Assembly (NCBI GenBank): GCA_964496465.1
Contig: CAZBZX010000003.1
Span: 1 to 36,047, forward strand
DNA length: 36,047 nucleotides
Direction: 5' to 3'
Source of the DNA: an uncultured Bacteroidales bacterium
GTDB taxonomy: Bacteria; Bacteroidota; Bacteroidia; Bacteroidales; CAYFUP01
The position numbers were made by a program, and so were the translations under genes. Under the pieces are notes generated by a model. It saw only the letters and a list, made by a program, of their open reading frames with translations. It was not told the origin of the DNA and did no database searches. Shown one piece after another: positions 9,622 through 19,260 of the stretch (positions within the stretch are counted from its first letter, which is position 1; the number at the start of each line of letters is the position of its first letter).

Positions 9622-10683
9622 ATGCATCAATTTATAAATACCAAATTATTTAAGATATCTTCTCATGTGCTGTCATGGCTTACTTTTTTAATTATTGCGC
9701 ATGTTATTCATGATGTTGAATCGGAATCAATAATCAGAGTTGGAATAGCCTATAATTTTGTTTTCATTATTACATTCTATTATTTGAATATGTATATTTT
9801 AATACCTAGATTATTATCTAAAAATTATTTCATATTATATATTTTTATTCTTATAATCTCAACTTTTACGGTCTATTATATTACTAAATTTAATTTAGAC
9901 TTTATTATTAAAAATAATTTACATGATCATTTATTTATAAAATGTATACCAATTAATAATATTAATAATCCGAATTTACCGTTACGCTCGGCAATGCTTG
10001 TATTTATTGCTTTTGCTGTAAGTACAAGTATAAAGGTTACTCAAACACTATTCGAAAATGAAGAAAACAGGAAAGAAATTGAAAGAGAAAGGATTAAATC
10101 AGAGCTTGCCTATTTGAAATCACAAATTAATCCCCATTTTTTATTTAATACCTTAAACAGTATTTATTCAATAGCAAATAAGGAATCAAAGAAAACAGCG
10201 GAGGCAATTGTAAAATTATCTGGATTAATGCGTTATGTGCTCTATGAATCGGATAATGAATTTGCACCCCTTATTAATGAAATAGAATATATACTTGATT
10301 ATATTGAGTTGCAAAAGCTGAGGATTTTTGACAATGTTAATATTACATTTCAATCACAAGGAGAATTTAAAAATCATTATATCGAACCTTTACTTTTAAT
10401 TCCAATTATTGAAAACGCATTTAAACATGGAGTTGATAGTTCAACTAATACTTCAATTAATATTAATATTAAAATTGAAGGAAAAGAATTTACAATGCAA
10501 GTTAAAAATACAATACTTGAACAGGATAGTAATAAGGAATCAGGTATTGGATTAAGTAATCTTAAAAAGAGACTGGAAATGTTATACGTAAATAATCATT
10601 TATTGCTTATTGATAAGGATGATAAGATCTTTCGAGTAAAACTAGTCCTAAAATTGAAATCAAATGATAATAAAAACAATTAA
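9622..10683 (+). CDS. LytS-type sensor histidine kinase (membrane N-terminus + His_kinase/HATPase)
   Basis: Several N-terminal TM helices, the diagnostic NPHFLFNTLNSI motif, the IENAFKHG N-box and GIGLSNLKKRL G-box. Confidence 0.85.
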   Translation: MHQFINTKLFKISSHVLSWLTFLIIAHVIHDVESESIIRVGIAYNFVFIITFYYLNMYILIPRLLSKNYFILYIFILIISTFTVYYITKFNLDFIIKNNLHDHLFIKCIPINNINNPNLPLRSAMLVFIAFAVSTSIKVTQTLFENEENRKEIERERIKSELAYLKSQINPHFLFNTLNSIYSIANKESKKTAEAIVKLSGLMRYVLYESDNEFAPLINEIEYILDYIELQKLRIFDNVNITFQSQGEFKNHYIEPLLLIPIIENAFKHGVDSSTNTSININIKIEGKEFTMQVKNTILEQDSNKESGIGLSNLKKRLEMLYVNNHLLLIDKDDKIFRVKLVLKLKSNDNKNN

Positions 10684-10686
10684 TTG

Positions 10687-11388
10687 ATGAACTGCATTAT
10701 TGTAGATGACGAACCTCTTGCGCAAGATTTACTGGAAGACTTTATTAATAAAGTTCCGTTTTTAAAACTTATTGATAAATGTAAAAATGCATTAGAGGCC
10801 TTGGAAATAATTCATAAAAAAAAGATTGATTTGATTTATTTAGATATTCAAATGCCGAAATTGTCTGGTGTCCAGTTTGCTGAAAGCATGCAACATAAAC
10901 CCATGGTTATTTTTACTACTGCCTTTAGTAAATATGCAGTTGAGAGCTATAATCTTGATGCAATTGACTATTTATTAAAACCTTTTACTTTTGAACGGTT
11001 TTTAAAAGCTACTAATAAAGCATATGCAAAACATACTAGCAAAGTATCTCCTGAAAATGAAAAACAAAAGAATGATTTTATTTTTGTGAATGCTGATTAC
11101 AGCTCAGTTAAAATAAACCTCAATGACATATTGTATATAGAAGGATTAAAGGATTATATAAAAATATATGCTGGTTCTAAACCTATTTTAACATTACAAA
11201 GTTTAAAGGCTATCCAGGAAAAACTTCCAAAAGATCAATTTATAAGGGTACACAGATCATTTATTATTTCTATTAATAAAATTGAGAGCATTCAGCGAAA
11301 TCGCATAATTATTGGAGAAAAGCGCATACCTGTTGGCGATTCATATAAAAAAGATTTCTATCAATTAGTAGAAAAATATAATCTATAG
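10687..11388 (+). CDS. LytTR-family DNA-binding response regulator
   Basis: Receiver domain (IIVDDEPLA...LDIQMP...TTAF...LLKP) plus a C-terminal LytTR domain (...FIRVHRSFIISINKIESI). The start is 4 nt after the kinase stop. ATG 10687 is preferred over TTG 10684. Confidence 0.9.
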   Translation: MNCIIVDDEPLAQDLLEDFINKVPFLKLIDKCKNALEALEIIHKKKIDLIYLDIQMPKLSGVQFAESMQHKPMVIFTTAFSKYAVESYNLDAIDYLLKPFTFERFLKATNKAYAKHTSKVSPENEKQKNDFIFVNADYSSVKINLNDILYIEGLKDYIKIYAGSKPILTLQSLKAIQEKLPKDQFIRVHRSFIISINKIESIQRNRIIIGEKRIPVGDSYKKDFYQLVEKYNL

Positions 11389-11502
11389 ATAAAATTTTCT
11401 GATTCGTCTATATCCTTTCCGATTTAGTATATCTCTTTTCTGTTTTATATTATTCCGTCATAATTTTATCGGTGAATTAATAAATTTTTAATTAAAATTA
11501 TT

Positions 11503-13833
11503 ATGAATGGAAAAGTAAAAATTATTGTATTTCTGACAATTATGTTATCTATAATAAATATTTGCAAAGCGCAAGAGGCATATACAATCAGCGGATTTAT
11601 AAAAGATAAAACCTCAGGAGAAGAGTTAATTGGAGCAACAGTTTTTATTAAAGAACTTAATACTGGTGGTGTAACTAATGTATACGGATTTTATTCTATT
11701 ACAATACCAGGTGGAAATTATGAATTATACTATTCGTACATGGGTTTTGAACAAATAGTTCTGAAATTAAATTTAACTAAAAATGTTAAACACGATATAG
11801 AATTAGCAGAAAGAAAAACTGAATTAGATGAAGTAGTTGTTACATCTGAAGCCGCAAATAAAAATATCATATCAACTGAAATGGGAACGATAAAGCTTGA
11901 TCCTAAAAGCATGAAATCAATACCGGTAATATTTGGTGAGCAGGATATTTTAAAAACTATTCAGCTTACACCAGGAGTTAAGTCAAGTGGAGAAGGAAAT
12001 AGCGGATTTTTTGTAAGAGGTGGCACAATTGATCAGAACCTTATTTTGCTTGATGAAGCCCCCGTTTATAATGCATCACATTTGCTGGGATTCTTTTCTG
12101 TATTCAATTCAGATGCAATAAAAAATGCTGAATTATTTAAGGGTTCCATACCAGCTGAATATGGAGGCAGAATATCTTCTGTACTAGACATAAATATGAA
12201 TGAAGGAAATTCAAAAGAACTAGTTGTTTCAGGGGGTATAGGTTTGATTTCCTCAAGATTAACAGTCGAGCACCCTATAGTTAAAGATAAAGGGGCATTT
12301 ATTTTATCAGGCCGGCGATCATATGCAGATGCTTTTTTAAAGTTGTCAAATGACCAGAACAGACAAAATATAGAGTTATATTTTTATGATTTTAATGCGA
12401 AAGCAAATTACAGAATTAACCAGAATAGTAGAATATTTTTATCCGCGTATTTTGGCAGGGATGTTTTCAATTTTGCTGATAGATTTGGTTTTGACTGGGG
12501 AAACGCTACAAGTACAATTCGATGGAACCATTTAATTAACGATAAGCTGTTTTCTAATACCTCTATAATTTATAGCGATTATGATTATAAATTTGGCAAC
12601 GAAGCCGGAGATAGAAGAATTGATATTTCATCAGGAATAAAAGATATTAATGTAAAACAAGATTTTACCTTTTACATCAATCCGAAGAATACCTTGAAAT
12701 TTGGATTTAATGGACTGCATCACACTTTTTATCCTGGAGAGTTATCAACTTCTGATACATCAAAAATGAATGACATAATTCTTGAAGAAAGACATGGCGT
12801 TGAATTAGCCGCATATTTTGCAAATGATTTTAAGCTGAATAATTATATAAGCTTCAACTATGGATTACGATATTCATACTTTAATCTTTTAGGTCCAGGA
12901 GCAGTTTATATGTTTGATGATGAAGGTAATATTTTAGATGAAAAGGAATTTTCCAACAACGAATCAATAAAAAGTTATGATTGCTTTGAACCTCGTATAG
13001 GAATTAATTACATCATTAATAATGAAAAATCAATAAAAACATCATATTCAAAAAACAGCCAATATCTTCATTTATTATCAAAATCCACATCAAGTACACC
13101 CTCAGATTTGTGGGTGCCTAGTAGTAATAATATTGAACCGTTGATAGCCGATCAGTTTAGCCTGGGGTATTTCAGAAATTTTCACGAAAATACGTATGAA
13201 TCCTCATTGGAAGTATATTATAAAGATATGCAACACCTTATTGATTATAAGAATGGCGCAGATCTTACATTAAATGAAACGGTTGAATCGCAAATAATAC
13301 ACGGAAATGGGAGAGCTTATGGAATGGAATTATCCATTGAGAAAACTAAAGGTAAATTTAAAGGCTGGATTAATTATACCATATCCCGAACAGAACGTAA
13401 ATTTGATCAAATTAATGATGGGAGCTGGTTTCCGTCAACTCAGGACAGAACACATGATATTTCAATTGTGGGATCTTATCAATTATCGCAAAAGTTTACT
13501 ATTGCTGCTAATTGGGTGTTTACAAGCGGTAATCCTGTGACTTTTCCAAGCGGTAAATATATAATCGATGATCATGTTATTAATTATTACACTGAAAGAA
13601 ATGGTTATAGAATGCCGGATTATCACAGGCTTGATTTAAGTTTAACCTACATGAAAAGAAAAACAGAAAAATGGGAATCAAATTGGGCATTTTCAATATA
13701 TAATGTTTATGCTCGCAAAAATGCATATGCAATTTATTTTCAAGTAAGTGAAGATGATCCACTCTATTCCGAAGCATTACAATTATCATTATTCTCTATT
13801 GTGCCATCAGTTACCTATAATTTTAAATTCTAA
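11503..13833 (+). CDS. TonB-dependent outer-membrane receptor with N-terminal CarboxypepD_reg-like domain
   Basis: Signal peptide, CarboxypepD_reg-like segment (ISGFIKDKTSGEELIGATVFIKE...GFYSITIPGGNYEL), a plug region, and a long beta-barrel ending in an aromatic residue (TYNFKF). Confidence 0.85.
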   Translation: MNGKVKIIVFLTIMLSIINICKAQEAYTISGFIKDKTSGEELIGATVFIKELNTGGVTNVYGFYSITIPGGNYELYYSYMGFEQIVLKLNLTKNVKHDIELAERKTELDEVVVTSEAANKNIISTEMGTIKLDPKSMKSIPVIFGEQDILKTIQLTPGVKSSGEGNSGFFVRGGTIDQNLILLDEAPVYNASHLLGFFSVFNSDAIKNAELFKGSIPAEYGGRISSVLDINMNEGNSKELVVSGGIGLISSRLTVEHPIVKDKGAFILSGRRSYADAFLKLSNDQNRQNIELYFYDFNAKANYRINQNSRIFLSAYFGRDVFNFADRFGFDWGNATSTIRWNHLINDKLFSNTSIIYSDYDYKFGNEAGDRRIDISSGIKDINVKQDFTFYINPKNTLKFGFNGLHHTFYPGELSTSDTSKMNDIILEERHGVELAAYFANDFKLNNYISFNYGLRYSYFNLLGPGAVYMFDDEGNILDEKEFSNNESIKSYDCFEPRIGINYIINNEKSIKTSYSKNSQYLHLLSKSTSSTPSDLWVPSSNNIEPLIADQFSLGYFRNFHENTYESSLEVYYKDMQHLIDYKNGADLTLNETVESQIIHGNGRAYGMELSIEKTKGKFKGWINYTISRTERKFDQINDGSWFPSTQDRTHDISIVGSYQLSQKFTIAANWVFTSGNPVTFPSGKYIIDDHVINYYTERNGYRMPDYHRLDLSLTYMKRKTEKWESNWAFSIYNVYARKNAYAIYFQVSEDDPLYSEALQLSLFSIVPSVTYNFKF

Positions 13834-13844
13834 TAATAAATAAG

Positions 13845-14696
13845 ATGAAAAAGACTAGATTAATTATATATATAGCTATTTTATCAATTATTTCAATTCT
13901 TTCCTGTGAGGAAGTAATTGAGATTGATTTGAATAGTGCTGATCCTAAAATCGTCGTTGAGGCAAATATCACAGATGATCCGGGACCATATTTGGTTAAA
14001 TTATCCTGGACAGAAAATTATTTCGAACCAAGTGAATTTATAAGAATTAATGACGCTTTTGTTGTTATTTCAGATGATCAAGGAGTTATTGATACACTCA
14101 GTGAAGCAGAAGCAGGTATTTATTATACTTCAAAAATTCATGGAGTTCCAGGAAATACATATACATTAAGAATTACAATTAATGGTGATGAAATAATTGC
14201 CTCATCCACAATGCCAGATAAAATTGAACTTGATGCGATTAATTATGAATACATTTTGGCCCCAACGCCACATGATGAAGACGGATACAGATTAAAATGT
14301 GAATTTCAGGATCCAGAAGATGAAGAGAATTTTTACAGGTTTAAAGTATATCAGAATGATACTTTATATTATAAAAATAAATACGATATTTATTTATGGG
14401 ATGATAAATTCTTTGATGGTAACTATGTTGATCTTGCTGTAAAAAGGCGCGGCACATTTCCTTTGAAAATTAATGATAGTATGCGAATAGAATTGCTAAC
14501 CTATAATGAAAAAACCTTTATGTATTATACAACTTTATTAAATTCAATTACAGAATATACCGAAATGGAAATTATGCGCTCTATGGTCATGGGATCTTTT
14601 GCTCCAGCAAATCCTGAAACGAATTTACCATATGAAGTTTTAGGGTATTTTGCTGCATATTGTGTTAGTCAAAACGAGATTGTAATTGAAGAATAA
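13845..14696 (+). CDS. DUF4249-like lipoprotein (usual partner of this TBDR subclass)
   Basis: Lipoprotein signal (...ISILSC), 11 nt after the TBDR stop. The N-terminal pattern (EEVIEIDLNSADPKIVVEANITDDPGPYLVKLS) resembles DUF4249. The family name is recalled from memory, not searched. Confidence 0.6.
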   Translation: MKKTRLIIYIAILSIISILSCEEVIEIDLNSADPKIVVEANITDDPGPYLVKLSWTENYFEPSEFIRINDAFVVISDDQGVIDTLSEAEAGIYYTSKIHGVPGNTYTLRITINGDEIIASSTMPDKIELDAINYEYILAPTPHDEDGYRLKCEFQDPEDEENFYRFKVYQNDTLYYKNKYDIYLWDDKFFDGNYVDLAVKRRGTFPLKINDSMRIELLTYNEKTFMYYTTLLNSITEYTEMEIMRSMVMGSFAPANPETNLPYEVLGYFAAYCVSQNEIVIEE

Positions 14697-14741
14697 AATA
14701 GTAATATTGTTTAATTAAATTAATATTTATAAATTTAATTC

Positions 14742-14749
14742 TAGTTTTG
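14742..14749 (+). promoter_or_regulatory. Candidate -7 promoter box (TAnnTTTG)
   Basis: TAGTTTTG, 85 nt upstream of ATG 14834. Confidence 0.25.
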
Positions 14750-14833
14750 ATTTAATATTTAATGATGAAATAAGAGGGGGCATTATAATTATGGAGAGTT
14801 GTTAAGTTATTTATTAAAAGCAAAAACGTTAAA

Positions 14834-16378
14834 ATGAAAAAAATATCCCAAATTATAGGTTTTTATTTCATTCCAATTTATATAATTGGACAAATTTCAA
14901 ATCTTCAATCAACTGTAGAATTAAAACAAAGGTTAGATTCAATAATAATAAAATCTAGGGTCTATGAGTTAGAAAATTCTTATAAATATGAGTATTTATA
15001 TGATGCAAAAAATAATTTAAAACAGAAAAACGTATACTATTGGAATAATAAAGTTAATCAGTGGGTAGATAGTAGTAAATATGAGTATTTATATAATACT
15101 TTAGGGGAAATGACCGAATTTTATCAGTTTTACTGGATGGTTAATGAAAAAAAGTGGATTGGAATGCAAAGTTGGAAAAAAATCTACAGTAATGACGGAC
15201 AATTATTACAACTTGATAGTTATTATTGGATTGACAGTATAAACCAATGGTATAATGTTGGTAAAGAAGAATATTCATATGATACGAATGGCAATGTAAT
15301 ACAGTATAAAACATTATATAAGCACATTAACTCAAATGAATGGACTGGTTACTGGCAAGAGGATTATAAATATGATACAGTTGGAAGGCGAATTGAAGAA
15401 ATAGATTATTTATGGGATAAGGAATTAAATGAATGGTTTATGTATAAAAGATACAGAACTGTTTATGGAATTAAAGATGAAATAAAAAGTTTAGTTGGAT
15501 ATAATTGGCGTGAAGAAATGAATGGGTGGATTAATTCCTCCAAAAGTGATTATACTTACGATTCTTTAGGTAATGAAATAAAACAGATTCATCAAATATG
15601 GGTTGATAGTCTAAATCAATGGTTATCCAAAATTAAATATGAATATACATATGATGATGAGGGAAAGATGATGCAAGATGCAGAATATGATTGGGATGAA
15701 GATACAGAACAATGGATTGGTGGTTGGAAATATAAGTATGAATATGATGAAAACGGAAACAGAGTACAATTAATTAGTCAATATTTTGAAGAAAGCATAA
15801 GTGAATGGATTAATAGTCTTAAATCAGAATACATATTAGATGAAGGAGGAAATCCTGTTTTATGGATTGTTTTTCATTGGGAAATAGAAGAAAAAGATTG
15901 GACTGAATTTCAAAAAGATGAATATATATATGATGAATTATATCAACTCTCAGAATTATTACTACCAAATAATACTGTAATTATGCCAACTTATTCAGTG
16001 AAGATAATAAATAAACCATTGATGTATAATTATTATATTCATGATTCAGATTTTGAAGATGGCTGGAAAAATGTTTCTAGAGAAACATTTTATTATTCAG
16101 ATTTATCTATTATTAATAAAAATAATATTTCTCGTTTTCTCCATGATGATATTTTTATATATCCTAATCCTGCAACAAGTGAAATAAATTTTGGAGGAAT
16201 GGAAAATGATTTAAATCCCATAATTTTTGAAATATATAATATAAATGGGAAAATAGTATTAAAACAATCCATTTCCGAGAATAAACAAATCTATATTGAT
16301 GATCTCTCTTCGGGCATATATTTATATAAATTAAAACAAGATCGTAAAATTCAAAGAGGAAAAATAATTATTAAATAA
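14834..16378 (+). CDS. T9SS-sorted secreted protein built from 31-residue YD/W repeats
   Basis: N-terminal signal-like hydrophobic segment and a repeat array (see the repeat feature). The C-terminal Por/T9SS sorting domain reads IFIYPNPATSEINF...SGIYLYKLKQD...GKIIIK. Confidence 0.8.
   Translation: MKKISQIIGFYFIPIYIIGQISNLQSTVELKQRLDSIIIKSRVYELENSYKYEYLYDAKNNLKQKNVYYWNNKVNQWVDSSKYEYLYNTLGEMTEFYQFYWMVNEKKWIGMQSWKKIYSNDGQLLQLDSYYWIDSINQWYNVGKEEYSYDTNGNVIQYKTLYKHINSNEWTGYWQEDYKYDTVGRRIEEIDYLWDKELNEWFMYKRYRTVYGIKDEIKSLVGYNWREEMNGWINSSKSDYTYDSLGNEIKQIHQIWVDSLNQWLSKIKYEYTYDDEGKMMQDAEYDWDEDTEQWIGGWKYKYEYDENGNRVQLISQYFEESISEWINSLKSEYILDEGGNPVLWIVFHWEIEEKDWTEFQKDEYIYDELYQLSELLLPNNTVIMPTYSVKIINKPLMYNYYIHDSDFEDGWKNVSRETFYYSDLSIINKNNISRFLHDDIFIYPNPATSEINFGGMENDLNPIIFEIYNINGKIVLKQSISENKQIYIDDLSSGIYLYKLKQDRKIQRGKIIIK
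14984..15943 (+). repeat. Protein-level tandem array: 10 full + 1 partial repeats with an exact 31-aa (93-nt) period
   Basis: Repeat starts fall at residues 51, 82, 113, 144, 175, 206, 237, 268, 299, 330 and 361, an invariant spacing of 31. The consensus is K-x-E-Y-x-Y-D-x-x-G-N ... W-x(5,6)-W. The copies are diverged at the DNA level. Confidence 0.8.
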
Positions 16379-16394
16379 AATCTTATTTTTCAAT

Positions 16395-18650
16395 TTAGAT
16401 AACTTCCTTTAAATACTTACCTGTAAATGATTTATTACATTTTATTAATTCTTCTGGAATACCTCCAAATAATATTTCTCCTCCTTTTTTTCCTCCTTCT
16501 GGACCCATGTCAATAATCCAGTCAGCATGTTTAATAATGTCCAGATTATGTTCAATAATGATAACAGTGTTATTTTTTTGAACCAGTGATTTAATAATTT
16601 GATATAACCTGTCAATATCCGCCATATGCAAACCGGTTGTAGGTTCATCCATAATATAAATATTACTTTTTTTATGGATTTCTGATGCCAGCTTTAATCG
16701 CTGTGCTTCACCTCCGGATAGAGAGCTAAGCGACTGACCGATTTTAAGATAGCCCAAACCTACATCCTGCAATGCTTTAAAACGTTTGTTAATTTTGTTA
16801 TTTTCGAAGAAGTCTTGAATTTGATTCACAGTCATATTTAATACGTCAGCAATGTTTTTACCTTTATATAAAAAGTGTAACACTTCAGCTCTATATCTTG
16901 TTCCTTCACATTCATCACATACCGTTTTAACTGCATCTAAAAAATGCAATTCCATTGCTAAAAATCCTTGTCCGTTGCACTTTGGACAAGCCCCTTTTGA
17001 ATTGAAGCTGAAAAGAGATGCTTTTACGTTGTTGGTTTTTGCGAATTCTTCCCTAATGGATGTAAATGCTTCAGTATAAGTGGCAGGATTACCCCTTGAT
17101 GATTTTCCAACCGGAGATTGGTCAATAACAATGGCTTCCGGATAGTTTTTGATAAAATAATGGTTGATTAAACTACTTTTACCACTTCCAGCAACACCGG
17201 TTACACAAGTTAAAACTCCTTTTGGAATATTAACGGATACGTTTTTTAAATTATGAATGGTTATATTTTTTAATTTAATAAACCCAACTGGTGATTTTCG
17301 ATTGTAATTCTTTATTTTATTATCATATAGATATTTACCGGTAATACTTGATGTATTTTTTAAACCTTCAGGTTCACCGGAATAAACAATATTACCACCT
17401 TCTCTTCCTGCTTTCGGGCCAATATCAATTATCCATTCAGCTTTTTTTATTATTTTCGGATCATGTTCCACAATAAATACACTATTTCCATTTTCCTTAA
17501 TTTTATGCAAAATTTTCATTAGTTTATCCGTATCTCGGGGATGTAATCCTATTGATGGCTCATCCATAATATACATCAAATCCACCAAATTACAGTCGAG
17601 CTGCCGGGCCATTTTTACTCGTTGAGATTCCCCTCCAGAAAGAGTTGAAACTGGCCTGCTAAGCGTTAAATAACCAACACCTATTTCAATCAAATGATCC
17701 AGTAAATATTTTGCCTTCCTGATTACAGGGATAGCTTTTTCTTCTTTAATTTCTTTTAAAAAATTAACAGCATCAGATAACTCAAGTTCACAAATTTCAC
17801 CAATCGACAATCCGTTTAATTTTATTGATTGGGCTTTTTCATTTATTCTCATACCTTTGCAAGCTTCACAATCGGAATAGACCAGGTATTTTTTATAAAT
17901 ATTTTTTTCTTCTTCAGCCTCTTCTGCTTCAGCTCTTTCCGTAATTCTTCGTTTCAATCTGCGTGCAAATCCTTCCCAATTTTTGGAATAAATACCAGCA
18001 CCATGTTTTTTAGTAATAGGAATAGGCTCGGTATTTAGCAAAACATGCATTTCTTTTTCAGTAAAGTCTTTCAGTTTTTTATCTACATCTATGATTTCAA
18101 CAGCTATTAATTCCCTCCACAGCCAACCTCCTACTTTAAATTCAGGGTGGATTACTGCACCTTCACGAATGGTTTTTTCTTTATCCAGCAGCATATCCAG
18201 GTTGATAGAAATTTTTTTACCTAATCCGTGACAAACAGGGCACATACCATCTGGATGATTAAATGAAAACAGGAAAGAAGGGCCTATAAAAGGTTGAGCA
18301 AAACGTGAATATAATAATCTTAAATAAGTGTTGATTTCAGTGGCGGTACCAACCGTACTTCTTAAATTTTTACCCATTCGTTTTTGATCGATAACAATTG
18401 CAGTGGACAAATTGTGAATATCATCCACATCAGGTCTTGATAATTTTGGCATACGGGCACGTGCAAAGGTTGAGAAGGTTTCTATTAACTGCCGTTGGGC
18501 TTCAGTATATACCGTATCAAAAACCAGCGAAGATTTTCCTGAACCTGAAACACCAGTAAAAACAACCAGCTTTTGCTTTGGAATTTCAACGCTAAGATTT
18601 TTTAAATTGTTGGTGTGAGCGTTAATGATTTGAATCGTATCTTTTTTCAT
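16395..18650 (-). CDS. UvrA-like ABC ATPase paralog lacking the UvrB-binding domain (class II/III UvrA, 'UvrA2'-type)
   Basis: Two ABC modules (Walker [10 protein letters not shown] and GVAGSGKSS; signatures LSGGESQR and LSGGEAQR) and Zn modules [17 protein letters not shown] and [16 protein letters not shown]. Only ~15 residues separate YLRLLY from FSFN, where E. coli UvrA has ~150. Start set to ATG 18650 (MKKDT...) rather than TTG 18668. Confidence 0.85.
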   Translation of the reverse strand: MKKDTIQIINAHTNNLKNLSVEIPKQKLVVFTGVSGSGKSSLVFDTVYTEAQRQLIETFSTFARARMPKLSRPDVDDIHNLSTAIVIDQKRMGKNLRSTVGTATEINTYLRLLYSRFAQPFIGPSFLFSFNHPDGMCPVCHGLGKKISINLDMLLDKEKTIREGAVIHPEFKVGGWLWRELIAVEIIDVDKKLKDFTEKEMHVLLNTEPIPITKKHGAGIYSKNWEGFARRLKRRITERAEAEEAEEEKNIYKKYLVYSDCEACKGMRINEKAQSIKLNGLSIGEICELELSDAVNFLKEIKEEKAIPVIRKAKYLLDHLIEIGVGYLTLSRPVSTLSGGESQRVKMARQLDCNLVDLMYIMDEPSIGLHPRDTDKLMKILHKIKENGNSVFIVEHDPKIIKKAEWIIDIGPKAGREGGNIVYSGEPEGLKNTSSITGKYLYDNKIKNYNRKSPVGFIKLKNITIHNLKNVSVNIPKGVLTCVTGVAGSGKSSLINHYFIKNYPEAIVIDQSPVGKSSRGNPATYTEAFTSIREEFAKTNNVKASLFSFNSKGACPKCNGQGFLAMELHFLDAVKTVCDECEGTRYRAEVLHFLYKGKNIADVLNMTVNQIQDFFENNKINKRFKALQDVGLGYLKIGQSLSSLSGGEAQRLKLASEIHKKSNIYIMDEPTTGLHMADIDRLYQIIKSLVQKNNTVIIIEHNLDIIKHADWIIDMGPEGGKKGGEILFGGIPEELIKCNKSFTGKYLKEVI

Positions 18651-18752
18651 TTCTTTAATTTTATGCAAATTAGTAATAAATTGAAAACATAAAATTGTAA
18701 AAAAACGACATTTTTAAAATAAATTTGAAGTACTTTGTTTATGCTTTGAGTT

Positions 18753-18783
18753 CTTGGTGGTAATAAATATTTATACCACGAAG
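18753..18783 (-). terminator. Possible hairpin terminator after the small Cys-protein gene
   Basis: CTTgGTGGTA(18753-18762)/TACCACgAAG(18774-18783) form 9 bp with one mismatch, 37 nt downstream of the stop at 18820 on the minus strand. No U-run follows. Confidence 0.25.
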
Positions 18784-18819
18784 GTCACAAAGAATCGCAC
18801 AATGATTCACCAAGATTTC

Positions 18820-19254
18820 TTATTGAATTGGTTTATTTTCAATCTTGAGTTCCAAAACAATTCTTCCCCAGCCACCACATTCAATTCCCACATCAAAACA
18901 GCTGGCTCTTTTAAATTTTATTTCATTAGGATCTATTCCGGCATAAATCATTTCATTCGCTGTAAATACAAGCATTAATGAGCTGTTTAACGAATAACTA
19001 CATATTTTATTTGGACTTAATTCTGTTAAAATATTTCCTGCAAAATCAAAATAGAATTTATCACCAATTTTATGGTTGCTATTGCATCCTTTCGATTCCA
19101 CTACTTCAAGCACAATATATTTTGAATCGTATTCTTTATTTTTTGATATCAATTCAATATTTCGTGGATTTTTACTGAATTCTTTAATTTCTTCAGCATC
19201 GTACCCAAATCGCTTTTGGATAATATTTAAAATGCGATCATCAATTTTGGCCAT
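18820..19254 (-). CDS. Small cysteine-containing protein, resembles the TIGR04076 family (function unknown)
   Basis: 144 aa. The core VLEVVESKGCNSNHKIGDKFYFD...ICSYSLNSSLM...CFDVGIECGGWGRIVLELK recalls TIGR04076-type proteins. The start is 6 nt after the stop of the upstream T9SS gene. Family assignment is from memory only. Confidence 0.45.
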   Translation of the reverse strand: MAKIDDRILNIIQKRFGYDAEEIKEFSKNPRNIELISKNKEYDSKYIVLEVVESKGCNSNHKIGDKFYFDFAGNILTELSPNKICSYSLNSSLMLVFTANEMIYAGIDPNEIKFKRASCFDVGIECGGWGRIVLELKIENKPIQ

Positions 19255-19260
19255 GTATTA

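Noticed and set aside
11389-11502. A riboswitch (for example cobalamin or TPP) leader in front of the TonB-dependent receptor.
   Set aside because: The 114-nt spacer is almost pure A/T. It has no GC-containing conserved box or extended pairing potential.
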